A DNA stretch of 49,901 bases from Chromera velia (lineage: Eukaryota), in assembly GCA_018398765.1 (NCBI GenBank), contig JAHBMJ010000338.1, forward strand, positions 1-49,901. The letters are read 5' to 3'. The position numbers and the translations under genes are program-made. Shown piece by piece: positions 46,622-49,901 of the stretch (position 1 is the first letter of the stretch; each line of letters opens with the position of its first letter). The notes under the pieces were generated by a model, which ran no database searches, was not told the DNA's origin, and was given only the letters and a program-made list of their open reading frames with translations.

Positions 46622-49600
46622 TGTAAGAGGTGTGTGGGGCTCATAAGTAACAGTAGCTTCTGGAAGACAGTAGTCTAGCACTACTATACGCCTTGTCAAA
46701 GTCTACATAGTTTCGAGGGAGAAGTCGATAAGTCTGGCAGTCAAACCTCTTGCGATAACTCTTGGAATCAGACCCACTTTTATGTTTGATCTACTGATTG
46801 CATCACTGCGCATGCTCACATATCGATCAGTCATTATACACGTACGCCCGTGAGCTATGCCGTTCTCACACAGGCCCAGCCCAAGCTGAGCGATGCTACT
46901 TCTAGTTAAGTACCCCATATTAAGCCCAGACTTCCTAGTAACCCCTCACATATGCCTGCTCACCAGACCAACGTCCATGCTTGGTTCAAATGCAACCATG
47001 CACCTCATACATGCTCGCTCACCGGGAGGGTGGGTGGGAATATCAATAATTTATAATGCATCAGACACTCTGATTGATGAGTCTTACCTGAAACTCTCCT
47101 TGTACACGTCTCCTCTCGCTTTGACATCGATCTGTACTTCTGCGATCTCATCTGAGGGCATCCCTAAGTTGGTACACAAAAGGCGTCCGAAGTTTTCCCA
47201 GCACACACAAGCAAGATCAAAGATTCATTCACATAGTTTTCGCATACAATGCATCGCAAATGCAAGGCATTCATGCGTGCGACTGTCTCAGGGGATTCCA
47301 GTGATTTCTAACTGGATGCACTCACTCTCTCTGTCCAGAATCTTTCCATTCAGGATCATTGGAGGGACTCACTTAATCACTGATATTCACTGGAAGACTT
47401 TACAACAGCACGTGCTGTGCCCAGCCCACAATACACGCGCAAACAGGGGATAGACTTGAGTCACTGGACGTTATTTTTCCTTCCTTTGTCTTTTTTTGAC
47501 CGAGTAGGTATCGCGCAATACAGCCAGCCACAAATATAGGTGGCAGACAAAACACGGCCACTCTTGTATGCGCTCCGGGCACTCCCCAAGCAACGCACAC
47601 ACACTCGGTTTCTCTCATATGAAGCGACCGCAGACAGAGCATAAGGAGCTCAACTGCACGCACTCAGGAGACTCGAGGTTTTGAAAGCTCTATGAAAGAC
47701 TGCATGCTAACTGAGCATGACAGACGTCTCAGAGGTTACTAATAAAACCCCATCCAGTCAGACAGAAAGCAGAAAGTAGCACAAAGCACACACTCCTAAA
47801 AATCACTCGAAGTGTGCCCTTTGACTGTAAAAATCTCAGTGAAGCTCTCTTCTTTCTTTTTAAACAAACCAACACAGATCGACATAATCCTCTAGCATAA
47901 TCTTTCATTCCCGGCGATCGACTGAGCTCTCACATTCGATGTGAATGGTAGTCGACTGAAGGGAACCCACCATTCAATGAAGTTATACAGTCTACTGCGG
48001 CGGCTCAGCCGCAGGGGCCCCGAACTGCATGACTCCATATTTAAATACTGGGTTCATCCCAACACAGATCGCACCACTCTCAAAATCAACCAAACATTAG
48101 AAATCCATATATGTCGACCTCTCACCCTCGCTTACCCTTCTCTCCTGTCTTTCCTTTTCTTCTTTGCTTTGCAAAGTATCTGATTTTTCTCTTTATTTCA
48201 TTTCTTAGTCTCCCTTTCAATTCTTTTCCCTCTTTTTTTTCTGCACAGTGTTTTTCTATGCCCAGACGAACAGTGGGAAAGATTAGAGAATAGATAAAAA
48301 GAATACACTTACCCTCACTCCATTGCCTTGGTTAAGGCTCCCGTCTCTCTCTTTCATCATTCTTTCTTTCCTTTCTCCCCGACTATCTCTATCACCCATT
48401 TATATTTCATAAACGGAGAAAGAAGACAATCAGAGAGATTCAGAGAGACAGAAGGATCAACCCATAAAGTAACAATACAACACCAACCTCCACCATATAC
48501 CTCTATATGTCTTTCTTGCATCTACCTTTGCAATTCCCATCTCTTTATCTACCTACATCTACCTCTTCACTTCATCTTTCCTTCTACCTTTTCAACATTC
48601 ACAAAAACATAGAGAGCAAACGTAGAAATATAACCAAAAAGATAGGAATAGTAATAAAAAAACAACTAACCACTTGCAGCCCACTCCCGGCTCACCTCCC
48701 ATCTCTTTCCTTACTCCAGTCTTCCTTCCCTTCAAATCACACACACCCAAACCCAGACATAAACAGCAAAAACAAAAGTAGAAGCGGTTCCTCCAGGTTT
48801 TCAGGAATCCACTAGAGGAATCCACTGGTGATGCCGATGAATACAAGTGTAGCCGCCGTGCCGGGGCACTTTCTCAGTGGGCAACAACATCCGGTGCTCC
48901 ATGACGTCATCAGGGTTAGAAGTCAGACTGAGTCTCATCGATCTTCTCCCTCACTTCTCCCTATTTCTCCCTGCTTTTGGTTCCAAGTTCTCCTCCATTT
49001 CTTCAGCAATGTTCCGTTCATACTGCTCTCTCGCTATAAGTGGTAGAAAGCAGAAACACCTCTCAGACCTCTTCAGCTCCTCATCTTCCCTCGAGAACAC
49101 CACAAAATTCAAGACAGAATGAAACAACACAACAGAGCTGAAAAGAGTTTAATCTGTTCTAGGCTCTCAATCATCTAACTGCCACAACACTCTACACAAC
49201 CTGATAATTCACGTGACTAGCCCACCTGTCTTCATCAATCTACTTCCTTTCATCTCATGCCACACCGTCTGCCCCTGTGCAACCAAAATTAAGCTCTGCT
49301 AAACCAACTGTAAGAGGTGTACGGGGCTCATAAGTAATAGTTACTGTAGCTTCTGGAAGAGAGTACTCTAGCGCTACTATACGCCTTCTCAAAGTCTACA
49401 TAGTTCCAAGGGAGAAGTCGATAAGTCTGGCAGTCAAACCTCATACAATGACTCTTGGAATCAGACCCACTCTTATGTTTGGTCTACTGATTGCATCACT
49501 GCGCATGCTCACATATCGCGATCAATCATTATACGTGCGCACCCGCGAGCTATGCCATTCTCACGCAGGCCCAGCCCGAGCTAAGCAATGCTACTTCTAG

Positions 49601-49642
49601 TTAAGTGCCCCACAAGCCCAGACTTCCTAGCAACCCCTCACA
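46622..49642 (-). mobile_element. Non-autonomous LTR element, LTRs 46622-46950 and 49309-49642
   Basis: ~330-bp direct repeats TGTAAGAGG...CCCCTCACA. Perfect 5-bp TSD ctcac (46617-46621 / 49643-49647). iMet-type PBS TGGT(TT)AGCAGAGC next to the right LTR. The 2.36-kb interior has no recognisable pol. Confidence 0.93.
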
Positions 49643-49801
49643 CTCACTATGGTTTCATTTATTATGTCTCAATCTTCAAAGTACGTTCACTGCATTGAGT
49701 TTATCCGTTTGAAGATCAACGACCATCATCTGATTGCTCTAGCTTGATGTCGTAGACAAAGATCCATTAGACGTGGGACGGAAGAAGAGAGAGAAGGGGT
49801 T

Positions 49802-49833
49802 TCTCTCTCCTCTGTTCTCTCTTTCCCTCGTTC

Positions 49834-49901
<68 letters not shown>
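49802..49901. repeat. (CT)n microsatellite at the window end
   Basis: Directly visible. Confidence 0.95.

Overview
Eukaryotic, intron-rich genomic window. Sequence style (GA/CT microsatellites, TGCATGCA clusters, frequent GTCAG splice donors) suggests a chromerid-type alveolate; this is inference only. Three host genes can be modelled exon by exon: (i) the 5' part of a TTLL9-like tubulin polyglutamylase on the minus strand, running off the left edge; (ii) a head-to-head ~1465-aa PPR protein with an N-terminal hydrophobic anchor and an RGG-rich tail; (iii) a ~1707-aa membrane-anchored coiled-coil protein built from duplicated phase-0 exons. Much of the rest is nested mobile DNA. It includes a complete but nonsense-riddled chromovirus (Ty3/Gypsy with chromodomain) inserted into a (TCAA)n-tailed retroelement, whose uninterrupted paralogue is also in the window. 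There are also two non-autonomous LTR elements with TSDs, several TIR elements (a MITE, a hAT-type element with an 8-bp TSD, two CTAGG-ended elements) and decayed ORFs (zf-MYND, papain-like C1 peptidase, a putative clan CE protease exon). The most notable signals are (a) a 9-bp-TSD TIR element carrying one splice-bounded exon with a clan CE protease-like motif, (b) pervasive transition/nonsense decay without frameshifts, and (c) a TIR element with RSS/Transib-like CACAGTG heptamers set 10 bp inside its ends. All calls are by eye; no database searches were run.
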